From: Acidimicrobiales bacterium
GTDB lineage: Bacteria > Actinomycetota > Acidimicrobiia > Acidimicrobiales > JAVJTC01
NCBI GenBank assembly: GCA_040219085.1
Contig: JAVJTC010000043.1
Coordinates: forward strand, 4,481 to 68,480
DNA length: 64,000 nt
Direction: 5' to 3'
The position numbers and the translations under genes were made by a program. This document shows, piece after piece, positions 18,001 to 25,206 of this stretch (positions are counted from its first letter, which is position 1; every line of letters begins with the position of its first letter). The notes beneath the pieces are model-generated. The model had not been told where the DNA came from, searched no databases, and saw nothing but the letters and a program-made list of their open reading frames with translations.

Positions 18001-18636
18001 GTCCAGGCCGAGCGCCCGCAACAGCACGAAGATGCTGAGGCGACGCTTGCGGGCCACACGGGTACCGGCGGTCACGTCCTTACCGGGCTTCTGCTCGACG
18101 TCGAACTCCATCCACTCACCCCGGTAGGGGTGGATGGTGCCGGTCACGAGCTGGTGCTTGGTGAGGTTACGCAGCCGGTACCGCTCACCGGGCTGGAAGA
18201 TGACGCCCGGTGACCGTACGAGCTGGGACACGACCACACGCTCGGTGCCGTTGATGATGAACGTGCCCTTGTCGGTCATCATCGGGAAGTCCCCCATGAA
18301 GACCGTCTGCTCCTTGATCTCCCCGGTGGCCTGGTTCATGAACCGGGCCCGCACGAAGATGGGCGCGGAGTAGGTCATGTCCTTCTCTTTGCACTCCTCC
18401 ACCGAGAACTTCGGCGGCGGGCGCAGATCCTCATCGGTGGGGTCGAACTCCAGCTCCAGCTGGAGCGTCTCGGAGAAGTCCTTGATCGGACTGATGTCGC
18501 GGAAGGCCTCGCTCAGGCCCTCCGCCAACAGCCAGTCGAAGGACTTTCGCTGGATCGCGATGAGGTCGGGAAGCTCGAGAACATCGTCGAGGTTGCCGAA
18601 CGAGTAGCGCTCGCGGACGGCGGAGCGTGAAGACAC
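15052..18636 (-). CDS. rpoB: DNA-directed RNA polymerase subunit beta
   Basis: 1194 aa, GTG start with AGGAG 7 nt upstream. Contains [33 protein letters not shown] (Rif cluster) and GRHGNKGV. Confidence 0.98.
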   Translation of the reverse strand: MSSRSAVRERYSFGNLDDVLELPDLIAIQRKSFDWLLAEGLSEAFRDISPIKDFSETLQLELEFDPTDEDLRPPPKFSVEECKEKDMTYSAPIFVRARFMNQATGEIKEQTVFMGDFPMMTDKGTFIINGTERVVVSQLVRSPGVIFQPGERYRLRNLTKHQLVTGTIHPYRGEWMEFDVEQKPGKDVTAGTRVARKRRLSIFVLLRALGLDEENEPGFLQRFVDHFDFLEGQWEKDRDLAPTQDEALLEIYKRARPGEPPSTESARSYFKNAFFESRRYDLSRVGRYKLNRKLKPELEKIEKLFGIEVDRPESDQSVLSTGEVLATCTYLLHLAKGEPGYRLDDQDHFANRRIRSVGELIQNQVRIGLSRMERVVRERMTTQDVEAITPQTLINIRPVVAAIKEFFGTSQLSQFMDQVNPLSGLTHRRRLSALGPGGLSRERAGFEVRDVHFSHYGRMCPIETPEGPNIGLIGALATYARVNSFGFIESPYRTVRDGKVTNEIVYLAADEEEEYVVAQANAPLDDEGDFINDRVLVRRSPQAASLSDLKLQLEQDVFFGATTEISYAPPAEVQLMDVSPKQIVSIATALIPFLEHDDANRALMGANMQRQAVPLLRAEAPYVGTGVESRAASDAADMVIADDDGVVTDVDGTSIKVTYDNGTKRVYRLLKFERSNQDTSINQKVRVSEGDKVKKGQVLADGPSTDNGELALGKNLLVAFMPWEGYNFEDAIILSERLVRDDVLTSIHIHEHEVDARDTKLGPEEITRDIPNLSDEILADLDERGIIRVGAEVGPGDVLVGKVTPKGETELTPEERLLRAIFGEKAREVRDTSLKVPHGETGKVIDVKVFNRDEAHELPPGVNQLVRVYVAQKRKISVGDKLAGRHGNKGVISKILPLEDMPFTADGNQVDIILNPLGVPSRMNVGQVLEAHLGYAARWGWEVDGENVGHDPIRNTETKTRPTTTPSTLVGTPVFDGAHWDETERSGKHPTIQKILENLHPETVDGERLIGRDGKTQLYNGRTGEPYDNRVMVGYMYILKLAHLVDDKIHARSTGPYSMITQQPLGGKAQFGGQRFGEMEVWALEAYGAAYCLQELLTIKSDDVLGRVKVYEAIVKGDNIPEPGIPESFKVLIKEMQALCINVEVLSVDGQEIEMRELDEDIFRTAEELGIDLSRPERGSDEEDARRAAQRSGV

Positions 18637-18850
18637 GTCGTACTCCTGGGCAGGGGTCGGCCGGGGTCGATCCAGTCGGGGGCACCGACGGACAGTGGGG
18701 ACGTGCGCGGGCGCGGAAACAGCCGTACGGAGACGGAGGACAACGCGAGCGACACGACAGGACGCAGTGTAGGCGTCAGGGCCGCGACGATCAAACCTCG
18801 GGCAGCGACGAATCGCCGACCCCGGGTCGGATGCGCAGCAGAGTACGGGA

Positions 18851-18891
18851 CGGGACCCGCGTGGTCAAGGTTTCGACCGGCGCGGGTCCCG
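18851..18891 (-). promoter_or_regulatory. Stem-loop in the rplL-rpoB spacer (attenuator or terminator-like)
   Basis: cgggacccgcg...cgcgggtcccg: 11-bp outer stem plus an inner ggtc/gacc pairing, 30 nt after the rplL stop. No clear U-tract. Confidence 0.4.
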
Positions 18892-18920
18892 CAACGAACT
18901 GATGTGGCGATGACGTCGGC

Positions 18921-19307
18921 TCAGGAGAGCTCGACGGTGGCGCCGGCGGCCTCGAGGGCCTCCTTCGCCTTCTCCGCGTCCTCCTTGGACGCCCCTTCGA
19001 TCACGGCCTTCGGCGCGGACTCGACGAGCTCCTTGGCCTCCTTGAGACCGAGGCTCGTGAGACCACGCACCTCCTTGATGACCTGGATCTTCTTGTCGCC
19101 GGCCGAGGTGAGAACGACGTCGAAGTTGTCCTTCTCCTCTTCGGCTGCGGCGGCGTCACCGGCCGGAGCGGCGGCCGCGGCGGCCACCGGGGCGGCTGCG
19201 GTCACACCGAACTTCTCCTCGAACTCCGAGAGGAGTTCGCTCAGCTCGAGAACGGTCATCGAACCGATCGCGTCGAGAATTTCTTCCTTGGTCGCCATCT
19301 CTGTCAC
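18921..19307 (-). CDS. rplL: 50S ribosomal protein L7/L12
   Basis: 128 aa containing [27 protein letters not shown] and [24 protein letters not shown]. Confidence 0.97.
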   Translation of the reverse strand: MTEMATKEEILDAIGSMTVLELSELLSEFEEKFGVTAAAPVAAAAAAPAGDAAAAEEEKDNFDVVLTSAGDKKIQVIKEVRGLTSLGLKEAKELVESAPKAVIEGASKEDAEKAKEALEAAGATVELS

Positions 19308-20014
19308 TCCTGGTCTTCTTCGGTCTGGTCGTTCTCTTCGGGCTCGTCAGAACCCGTCGTGGCTGTGTCGTCGCTGCCGGAGGCAGAGTCGTCGCCGCCT
19401 TCGGCTGTGTCGTCGCTGCCGGAGGCAGAGTCGTCGCCGCCTTCGGCTACGGGAACATCGACCGGGGCACCGGGGGCGCCACCCGCGTCGATGAGGGCCT
19501 GCAGCGCGTACGCGAACTTCGACGGCACCGCCGCCAGAAGCGCAGCGAACTGCTGCATCGGTGCGGCGAGCCCACCGGCGAGCCGCGCGAGCAGTTCGTC
19601 GCGGGACGCGAGCTTCGACAGAGCGATGATCTCTTCGGTGCTCAGGAACTTGTCGTCGAGGAGGCCACCCTTGATGATGAGCAGGTCGTTGCCGTCCGCG
19701 AACTCACGCAGAGCCTTGGCCATCCCGACCGCGTCACCGCGACCGCCCTCTTCGGCCGGCATCGCAAAGGCGAGTGCCGTCGGACCCGTGAGCATCTCCT
19801 CGATGTCGAGGCCCAACTCACGCGCAGCCAGGCGCACCAGGGTGTTCTTGTAGACCTTGTAGGTGGCACCGGCTTCAGCGAGCGACTTACGCAGCGTCGC
19901 CATCGATGGCACGTCGAGACCGCGGTACTCCGTGAGGACCACCGCGCTCGCTTCGGACAGGCGCTCACGCACCTCCTGCACCGCTGCGACCTTCTCCGGT
20001 CGTGGATTCTCCAT
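19304..20014 (-). CDS. rplJ: 50S ribosomal protein L10 with about 57-aa acidic C-terminal extension
   Basis: 236 aa from Met 37 of ORF 19304..20122: [45 protein letters not shown]. The tail has [14 protein letters not shown] twice. Confidence 0.94.
   Translation of the reverse strand: MENPRPEKVAAVQEVRERLSEASAVVLTEYRGLDVPSMATLRKSLAEAGATYKVYKNTLVRLAARELGLDIEEMLTGPTALAFAMPAEEGGRGDAVGMAKALREFADGNDLLIIKGGLLDDKFLSTEEIIALSKLASRDELLARLAGGLAAPMQQFAALLAAVPSKFAYALQALIDAGGAPGAPVDVPVAEGGDDSASGSDDTAEGGDDSASGSDDTATTGSDEPEENDQTEEDQE
19361..19444. repeat. In-frame 42-nt perfect tandem duplication inside the rplJ 3' tail
   Basis: ggctgtgtcgtcgctgccggaggcagagtcgtcgccgccttc occurs at 19361 and 19403. Period is 42 nt (14 codons). 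Confidence 0.92.
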
Positions 20015-20074
20015 GCCCACCTCCTCTCGTCTCGTGTCGTGTGTCGTCATTGCGATCGCACCGTCACCCGTGGT

Positions 20075-20111
20075 GGGCGAAAAGCGCAGAAGGCGTCGCG
20101 ATGGCGACGCC
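20075..20111 (-). promoter_or_regulatory. Terminator-like hairpin inside the rplJ leader (possible L10-type attenuator)
   Basis: Minus strand GGCGUCGC-CAUC-GCGACGCC followed by UUCUGCGCUUUUCG, about 65-95 nt upstream of the rplJ ATG within a 257-nt leader. Confidence 0.45.
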
Positions 20112-20271
20112 CACGGGGACACGACGAGAGCCGGTGGGGCTCTGCCTCGTCACCTCGTCGGGCGGGCCATCGGCCCTTTCAGCTCTTCGAGCACCGGATG
20201 TCTGCGGCGATCAGATCTGTTGTGGGCCCGAGGCTAGCGGCCCGGGACCACGGACCAACCACTCGTCGCGC

Positions 20272-20970
20272 TCAGGCCACCGCGAACTCGCCGGGATCCA
20301 CGTTGACACCGGGACCCATCGTCGAGCTGAGCGCCATCTTCTTCACGTAGCGACCCTTGGCCGCTGCGGGACGAACCCGCACGAGTTCGTCCATGACCGC
20401 CCGCAGGTTGCGGTCGAGGTCGGCCGGTTCGAAGCTCACCTTGCCGATCGGGACGTGGACGTTGGCCTGCTTGTCGGTGCGGTACTCGACGCGACCGCCC
20501 TTGAACTCCTCGACGGCCTTCGCGACGTCGTCGGTCACGGTGCCCGTCTTGGGGTTCGGCATGAGCCCACGGGGGCCCAGCACCCGCCCGAGGCGACCCA
20601 CGGTCGGCATCATGTCGGGCGTCGCTATGGCGACGTCGAAGTCCATCATCCCGCCGTCGATCTCGGCAGCCAGGTCGTCACCGCCGACGAAGTCGGCGCC
20701 TGCATCACGGGCGGCCGCCGCAGCATCGCCCTCGGCGAAGACAGCGATCCTGACGTCCTTGCCGGTGCCTGCGGGCAGCGCGACGGTGCCACGGAGCATC
20801 TCCTCGGCACGGCGGGGGTCGACGCCCAGCCGCACGACGAGCTCGACCGTCTCGTCGAACTTGGCCGTGGCGAGCGTACGAACCAGGTCGAGTGCCTCGC
20901 CGGCAGGGTGGAGTCGCTCGGGGTCGAACCGTCGCGATGCGTCCAGATAGCGCTTACCGTTCTTCGCCAT
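20272..20970 (-). CDS. rplA: 50S ribosomal protein L1
   Basis: 232 aa from Met 80 of ORF 20272..21207: MAKNGKRYLDASRRFDPERLHPAGEALDLVRTLATAKFDETVELVVRLGVDPR. Confidence 0.96.
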   Translation of the reverse strand: MAKNGKRYLDASRRFDPERLHPAGEALDLVRTLATAKFDETVELVVRLGVDPRRAEEMLRGTVALPAGTGKDVRIAVFAEGDAAAAARDAGADFVGGDDLAAEIDGGMMDFDVAIATPDMMPTVGRLGRVLGPRGLMPNPKTGTVTDDVAKAVEEFKGGRVEYRTDKQANVHVPIGKVSFEPADLDRNLRAVMDELVRVRPAAAKGRYVKKMALSSTMGPGVNVDPGEFAVA

Positions 20971-21064
20971 TTCGGCTCCCTCGTCTCGTGATTCGGCCGA
21001 CCCCGCGGTGAGGTACCCCTGACGGAGGTCGGTGCGGGAGGTCTCCCGCGTGATGCTCAGTCGC

Positions 21065-21490
21065 TCAGACGACCTTGACGCCCATGGAACGGGCGGTGCC
21101 GGCGACCTGACGCTTGGCCATGTCGATGTCGTCGGTGTTGAGGTCGGGGAGCTTCGTGGTTGCGATCTCGGTGACCTGGGCGTCGGTGATCGTGCCGGCC
21201 TCGACACGGCCGACCTCGCCGGAACCCTTCTCCAGGCCTGCGGCCTGACGGATGAGGAACGCCGTCGGAGGCGTCTTCGTCACAAAGGTGAAGGACCGAT
21301 CCTCGAAGATCGTGATGTCCACAGGCACGATCTGCCCGCGCTGATCCTCGGTGCGGGCGTTGTACTCCTTGCAGAAGTCCATGATCGCCACGCCGTGGGG
21401 GCCCAGAGCGGTGCCGACGGGCGGCGCAGGAGAGGCCTGGCCCGCGGGGATCTGGATCTTCACGACGGCGGAGACCTTCTTCTTTGCCAT
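21065..21490 (-). CDS. rplK: 50S ribosomal protein L11
   Basis: 141 aa: [44 protein letters not shown]. Confidence 0.97.
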   Translation of the reverse strand: MAKKKVSAVVKIQIPAGQASPAPPVGTALGPHGVAIMDFCKEYNARTEDQRGQIVPVDITIFEDRSFTFVTKTPPTAFLIRQAAGLEKGSGEVGRVEAGTITDAQVTEIATTKLPDLNTDDIDMAKRQVAGTARSMGVKVV

Positions 21491-21614
21491 CTCGCAACGC
21501 CTCGATATCAGTGGGTGGGTGAACAGTGGGCCGTGCGCGTAGCGCGCGCAGGCGACGAAACAGTGTGCCGCCGCCGGAGCCCGGCGGCAACGCCGCGGAC
21601 CCCTGCGGGCGATG

Positions 21615-22493
21615 TCAGAGCTTGGCGACCTGCGCGAACTCCAACTCGACCGGAGTCTCGCGGCCGAAGATGTTGACGAGAACCTTGACCTTGAGCTGGT
21701 CGGGGTTGATCTCGATCACCTCGCCGGAGAAGTCCGCGAACGGGCCCTCCTTGACGCGGACCGTCTCGCCCATCTCGTACTGCAGACGCGGACGGCTGCG
21801 CTTCTGGACCTCGTCGCCCTCGGGCTTGACCTGAAGGAACGCCTCCACGTCTCGCCGAGGCAACGGGGTCGGCTTGGAGCCCGCACCGACGAAACCCGTC
21901 ACACCGGGGGTGTTGCGGATCACGTACCAGGAGTCGTCGTCGAGGTAGCAGCGCACGAGCAGGTAACCGGGGAAGACCTTCTTCTGTACGACGACCTTCT
22001 TGCCGTTCTTGAACTCCACGACGTCTTCCATGGGGATGACGATCTCGTGGATCCGCCCCTCCATGTTCATCGACTGGGTGCGGGCCTCGAGGTTCTGCTT
22101 GACGCGCTTCTCGTAGCCGGACTGGGTGTGCACGACATACCAGCGACCCGGTCGGTCATAGGGGCTCTCGACGGGCGCCGGCGCCTCGACGTCCTCGTCG
22201 GTCTCGGCGTCGTGCTCGTAGACGAGGCCGTCGACGTCCGCTTCTTCCTCGTCGGCGTCGTCACCGCTGGTCTTTGACGCGGCTTCCTGCGCGATCGCCT
22301 CCTCACGCGACTGTTGAGCCTGGACCGCCTCGGCGGCATCCACCGGATGGGGCTCGACCTCGGTGGGATCGACAGGGCCCGTCGGGAGGGCCTCCGCTGC
22401 CGACGACTCGACGGCGTCCTGCGCGGTCTCCTCGTCGGTACCGGAGTCGGTTGTGGCGTCGGTGTCGGTGTCGGTATCGGTCACGTCACTCAT
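21615..22493 (-). CDS. nusG: Transcription termination/antitermination factor NusG with about 116-aa acidic N-terminal extension
   Basis: 292 aa from Met 43 of ORF 21615..22619, in an ATGA overlap with the secE stop. NGN domain [20 protein letters not shown] and KOW region [18 protein letters not shown] are present. Confidence 0.93.
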   Translation of the reverse strand: MSDVTDTDTDTDATTDSGTDEETAQDAVESSAAEALPTGPVDPTEVEPHPVDAAEAVQAQQSREEAIAQEAASKTSGDDADEEEADVDGLVYEHDAETDEDVEAPAPVESPYDRPGRWYVVHTQSGYEKRVKQNLEARTQSMNMEGRIHEIVIPMEDVVEFKNGKKVVVQKKVFPGYLLVRCYLDDDSWYVIRNTPGVTGFVGAGSKPTPLPRRDVEAFLQVKPEGDEVQKRSRPRLQYEMGETVRVKEGPFADFSGEVIEINPDQLKVKVLVNIFGRETPVELEFAQVAKL

Positions 22494-22789
22494 CGTTCGA
22501 ACAGCTTCAGGATGGCTTCGCCGAAGCCCCAGTCGAGACCGGCGATAAACAGCGTCAGCGCCACGACGAGCACGAACACGATCGTCGAGTAGCTGATGAC
22601 CTCCGAGCGCGAGGGCCATGCGACCTTGCGGAGTTCCCCGCGCACCTCGCGCATGAACTCCGCCGGCGTGGCACGGTCTTCACGTTGGCGCTGGTTCGGC
22701 TGTTGGCGGCGCTGCGCGATGGGCGCGCCATCGGCGTCGACCTCGCCAGAGCGCTGTGCCATGCGCCTGTACTGTCGGTTCATCGCCAT
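22490..22789 (-). CDS. secE: Preprotein translocase subunit SecE
   Basis: 99 aa from internal Met: MAMNRQYRRMAQR...EFMREVRGELRKVAWPSRSEVISYSTIVFVLVVALTLFIAGLDWG. In the conserved tRNA-Trp-secE-nusG position. Confidence 0.88.
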   Translation of the reverse strand: MAMNRQYRRMAQRSGEVDADGAPIAQRRQQPNQRQREDRATPAEFMREVRGELRKVAWPSRSEVISYSTIVFVLVVALTLFIAGLDWGFGEAILKLFER

Positions 22790-22918
22790 GTCGGCACCTA
22801 CGTCCTGATCGCTTCGTTTCGTCGGCACCGGCGGTTTCGGCGCCCGAGAGACGTCCAGCCTAGGGGGACGCCTGCGCGTCCAGTCACCGCGACCGCGCGT
22901 CGGGGCCCATGGAGGCGG

Positions 22919-22991
22919 CAGGGCAGGAGGGACTCGAACCCCCAACCGCCGGTTTTGGAGACCGGTGCTCTACCAATTGAGCCACTGCCCT
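22919..22991 (-). tRNA. tRNA-Trp (anticodon CCA)
   Basis: Reverse complement AGGGCAGTGGCTCAATTGGTAGAGCACCGGTCTCCAAAACCGG...GGTTCGAGTCCCTCCTGCCCTG folds as a cloverleaf. Anticodon loop is CT-CCA-AA. No encoded CCA end. Confidence 0.93.
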
Positions 22992-23068
22992 AGACATCGG
23001 GGCGAGCCCGATGGCACGGCGAGGATACCACCCGACCCCGGCGGCCCGACCCGCGGTTTCGCGCGGGC

Positions 23069-23365
23069 TCAGGACCCGGTATGACGGATCCTGGCGCGAT
23101 TGGCGATCATCAGCGCCCCGGCCGCTCCGGCGGCGAGACCCCCCGCGTAGGCCGCGATACGACCCATCGGCGGCAGGAAGCCACGCTCGGCGGCGTCGAT
23201 ACGGTCCAGGATCGCCTCGAGCAGCCAGTCCGGCGGCTCGGCCCCGCCGTTGCGCAACGTGGCGATGGCCCGGCGCAACTCGGGGGACGGACCACCGGCG
23301 CGCGCGCCGAACAGGTCCGCCATGTCGACGACCGTCCCACCGGTGTCAAACAGCACGGGCTTCAT
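23069..23365 (-). CDS. Small hypothetical protein with C-terminal transmembrane helix (possible cognate partner of the ECF sigma)
   Basis: 98 aa from the ATG inside repeat copy 1: MKPVLFDTGGTVVDMADLFGARAGGPSPELRRAIATLRNGG...[29 protein letters not shown]. Lies directly downstream of the ECF sigma gene. No recognisable zf-HC2 motif. Confidence 0.5.
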   Translation of the reverse strand: MKPVLFDTGGTVVDMADLFGARAGGPSPELRRAIATLRNGGAEPPDWLLEAILDRIDAAERGFLPPMGRIAAYAGGLAAGAAGALMIANRARIRHTGS

Positions 23366-23492
23366 CCTCGCCGCCGTCGACGACCGTCCCACCGGTGTCA
23401 AACAGCACGGGCTTCATCCTCGCCGCCTCCGGCGGACCGTCCCACCGTCTCAAACAGCACGGGCTTCATCCTCGCCGCCTCCGGCGGACCGT
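23324..23492. repeat. 52-bp tandem repeat, 3.25 copies, spanning the sigma-gene 3' end and the downstream gene start
   Basis: Copies lie at 23324-23375 and 23376-23427 (identical to each other), 23428-23479 (variant) and 23480-23492 (partial, matching the variant). Unit on the minus strand: GGCGGCGAGGATGAAGCCCGTGCTGTTTGACACCGGTGGGACGGTCGTCGAC. Confidence 0.95.
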
Positions 23493-24082
23493 ACGACTTC
23501 TTCGTCGTCGGTCGAGAGGTACTCGGTCAGCTTGCGCCGCGCGCGGTGGAGCCGCACCTTCGCAGCCGACTCGGTGATGCCCAGCGCATCGGCCACCTCC
23601 CGGTGCGGCAACTCGTGGACGTCGCGCAGGACGACGACCGAGCGCAGTCGTTCGGGCAGTCGGGCGACCGCCGCCTCGATCTGGCCCAACGTGTGCGACG
23701 CCTCGGCCCGCAGAGCCGGATCGGACCCGGGACGGTCGTCCACCACGGGTGAGCTGTCCTCGTCGATCTCCTCGGCGCGCCGGCGCCGGCGCCGGGTCAG
23801 GTGCGTCGATCCGCAGTTGGCGGCGATCCTGTAGAGCCACGTCGAGAAGCGGGAGTCGCCGCGGAACCGACCCAGACTCCGGTAAGCCCGCAGGTACACG
23901 TCCTGGGTGATGTCCGAAGCATCGTGGACGTTCCCGCTGAGACGGTGGGCGAGGGTGTACACGTCGCGGTAGGTCCTCCTGACGAGTTCGTCGAAGGCCG
24001 ACCGGTCACCCGCCTTGGCGGCCGCGACGAGGTCGGCCTCGTCGTCTCCGCGAGCGGAACGCCCGACGCGGTCAGGCCGCAC
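23450..24082 (-). CDS. ECF-type RNA polymerase sigma-70 factor
   Basis: 210 aa. Region 2 is DITQDVYLRAYRSLGRFRGDSRFSTWLYRIAANC; region 4 is LPERLRSVVVLRDVHELPHREVADALGITESAAKVRLHRARRKL. The last 14 codons are encoded by the tandem repeat. Confidence 0.9.
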   Translation of the reverse strand: MRPDRVGRSARGDDEADLVAAAKAGDRSAFDELVRRTYRDVYTLAHRLSGNVHDASDITQDVYLRAYRSLGRFRGDSRFSTWLYRIAANCGSTHLTRRRRRRAEEIDEDSSPVVDDRPGSDPALRAEASHTLGQIEAAVARLPERLRSVVVLRDVHELPHREVADALGITESAAKVRLHRARRKLTEYLSTDDEEVVRSAGGGEDEARAV

Positions 24083-24148
24083 CGGTGTCGCCCTCTGTCG
24101 GAATATCGGACCTGTGATTCACAGTTCGGGTTACATCCCCGCGTCGTC

Positions 24149-24225
24149 TGGTAGCGGCGGCCAGACTCGAACTGGCGACCTCTCGATTATGAGTCGAGCG
24201 CTCTCACCAACTGAGCTACGCCGCC
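24149..24225 (-). tRNA. tRNA-Met (anticodon CAT, elongator type), CCA encoded
   Basis: Reverse complement GGCGGCGTAGCTCAGTTGGTGAGAGCGCTCGACTCATAATCGAGAGGTCGCCAGTTCGAGTCTGGCCGCCGCTACCA. Lacks the three G-C pairs of the initiator anticodon stem. Confidence 0.9.
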
Positions 24226-24267
24226 CCGAACACCCGGTTGACCGGGTGCGCCGGATCAGTCCGGCCG

Positions 24268-24340
24268 AGCTCCCTGAGAGAATCGAACTCTCGACCTTCT
24301 CCTTACCATGGAGACGCTCTGCCGACTGAGCTAAGGGAGC
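24268..24340 (-). tRNA. tRNA-Thr (anticodon GGT)
   Basis: Reverse complement GCTCCCTTAGCTCAGTCGGCAGAGCGTCTCCATGGTAAGGAGAAGGTCGAGAGTTCGATTCTCTCAGGGAGCT. Anticodon loop is AT-GGT-AA. Confidence 0.92.
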
Positions 24341-24445
24341 GGGACCCCGCCCGGTGTGTCGTGCGGGGAAGGAGATGATGCCACGACCGGTGGCAGTCTC
24401 CCAACCCCCTCCGGCGGTGCCGGGACGACCGCTACCGTTCCCGGC

Positions 24446-24955
24446 ATGTTGATCCGTAGGGCCGACGTCGACGACGCCGAGGCCATCCGCGCCATCTACA
24501 ACGACGAGGTGACCGGCGGAGTCGCCGTCTTCGACATCCGCCCCCGGGACCTCGATGCCCAACGACGCTGGATCGTCGATCGTTCCGGCGCCCACGCCGT
24601 GCTCGTCGCGGAGTTCGACGGCTCCGTCATCGGCTTCGCCTCGCTGTCGCCCTACAGGGACCGCCCCGCCTACAACACGACGGTGGAGAACTCGGTATAC
24701 GTCCACCGGGACCACCGTGGCGGCGGCGTCGGCAAGGCGCTGCTCGACGAGCTGCTGCGCGTGGCCGCCGATCACGGCTTCCACACGGTCATCGCGCGCA
24801 TCGCCGGTTCCAACGCGGGCTCGGTGAGGCTGCACGAGGCATGTGGATTCGAGCACGTCGGGATCGAACGCGAAGTGGGCCGGAAGTTCGGCCGGTGGCT
24901 CGACGTCGTCGAGATGCAACACATGCTGGGTCACGCCCCCGCGCCGCCCCGCTGA
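24446..24955 (+). CDS. GNAT N-acetyltransferase (phosphinothricin/MSO acetyltransferase-like)
   Basis: 169 aa from internal Met: MLIRRADVDDAEAIRAIYNDEV...VYVHRDHRGGGVGKALLDELL...GFHTVIARIAGSNAGSVRLHEACGFEHVG. The GTG at 24356 would add an unconserved 30 aa. Confidence 0.85.
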   Translation: MLIRRADVDDAEAIRAIYNDEVTGGVAVFDIRPRDLDAQRRWIVDRSGAHAVLVAEFDGSVIGFASLSPYRDRPAYNTTVENSVYVHRDHRGGGVGKALLDELLRVAADHGFHTVIARIAGSNAGSVRLHEACGFEHVGIEREVGRKFGRWLDVVEMQHMLGHAPAPPR

Positions 24956-25000
24956 GGCGGGACCCTGCGACCCGGGGACGTGATGACAGGAAAACGAGCG

Positions 25001-25082
25001 TGGGCCGGGGAGGATTTGAACCTCCGAAGGCAATGCCGGCAGATTTACAGTCTGCTCCCTTTGGCCGCTCGGGCACCGACCC
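25001..25082 (-). tRNA. tRNA-Tyr (anticodon GTA), long variable arm
   Basis: Reverse complement GGGTCGGTGCCCGAGCGGCCAAAGGGAGCAGACTGTAAATCTGCCGGCATTGCCTTCGGAGGTTCAAATCCTCCCCGGCCCA. Confidence 0.92.
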
Positions 25083-25132
25083 GCAGCGACGCAGCGTAGC
25101 GCCCGGATCGTCGGCCGGGCGCATGCCGACAC

Positions 25133-25206
25133 CGAAGCGTGCGCTGGGGCCTTCGACGGCGGAACTCGACGAAGCGTGCGCTAGGACGTGCGCCGGCGGA
25201 ACTCGA
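25133..25206. repeat. 37-nt imperfect tandem duplication overlapping the 3' end of the redoxin gene
   Basis: cgaagcgtgcgct-N12-ggcggaactcga occurs at 25133 and 25170. The flanks are identical and the central 12 nt differ. Confidence 0.85.

Noticed and set aside
23324-23492. Possibility that the 52-bp repeats are a small CRISPR array
   Set aside because: The units are directly abutting with no spacers, there are only about 3 copies, and no cas genes are present. This is a tandem duplication, not a CRISPR.
22992-24148. Expected rpmG (L33) gene between tRNA-Met and tRNA-Trp
   Set aside because: No reading frame in this interval encodes an L33-like Cys-rich 50-55-aa peptide. The interval is filled by the ECF sigma gene, the repeat and the small TM ORF.
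24356-24448. Short uORF (ATGATGCC... ending TGTTGA over the acetyltransferase ATG) with a GGAAGGAG box
   Set aside because: The Shine-Dalgarno-like box abuts the ATG with essentially no spacing and the peptide is Pro-rich and non-conserved-looking. Evidence is insufficient to call a leader peptide.
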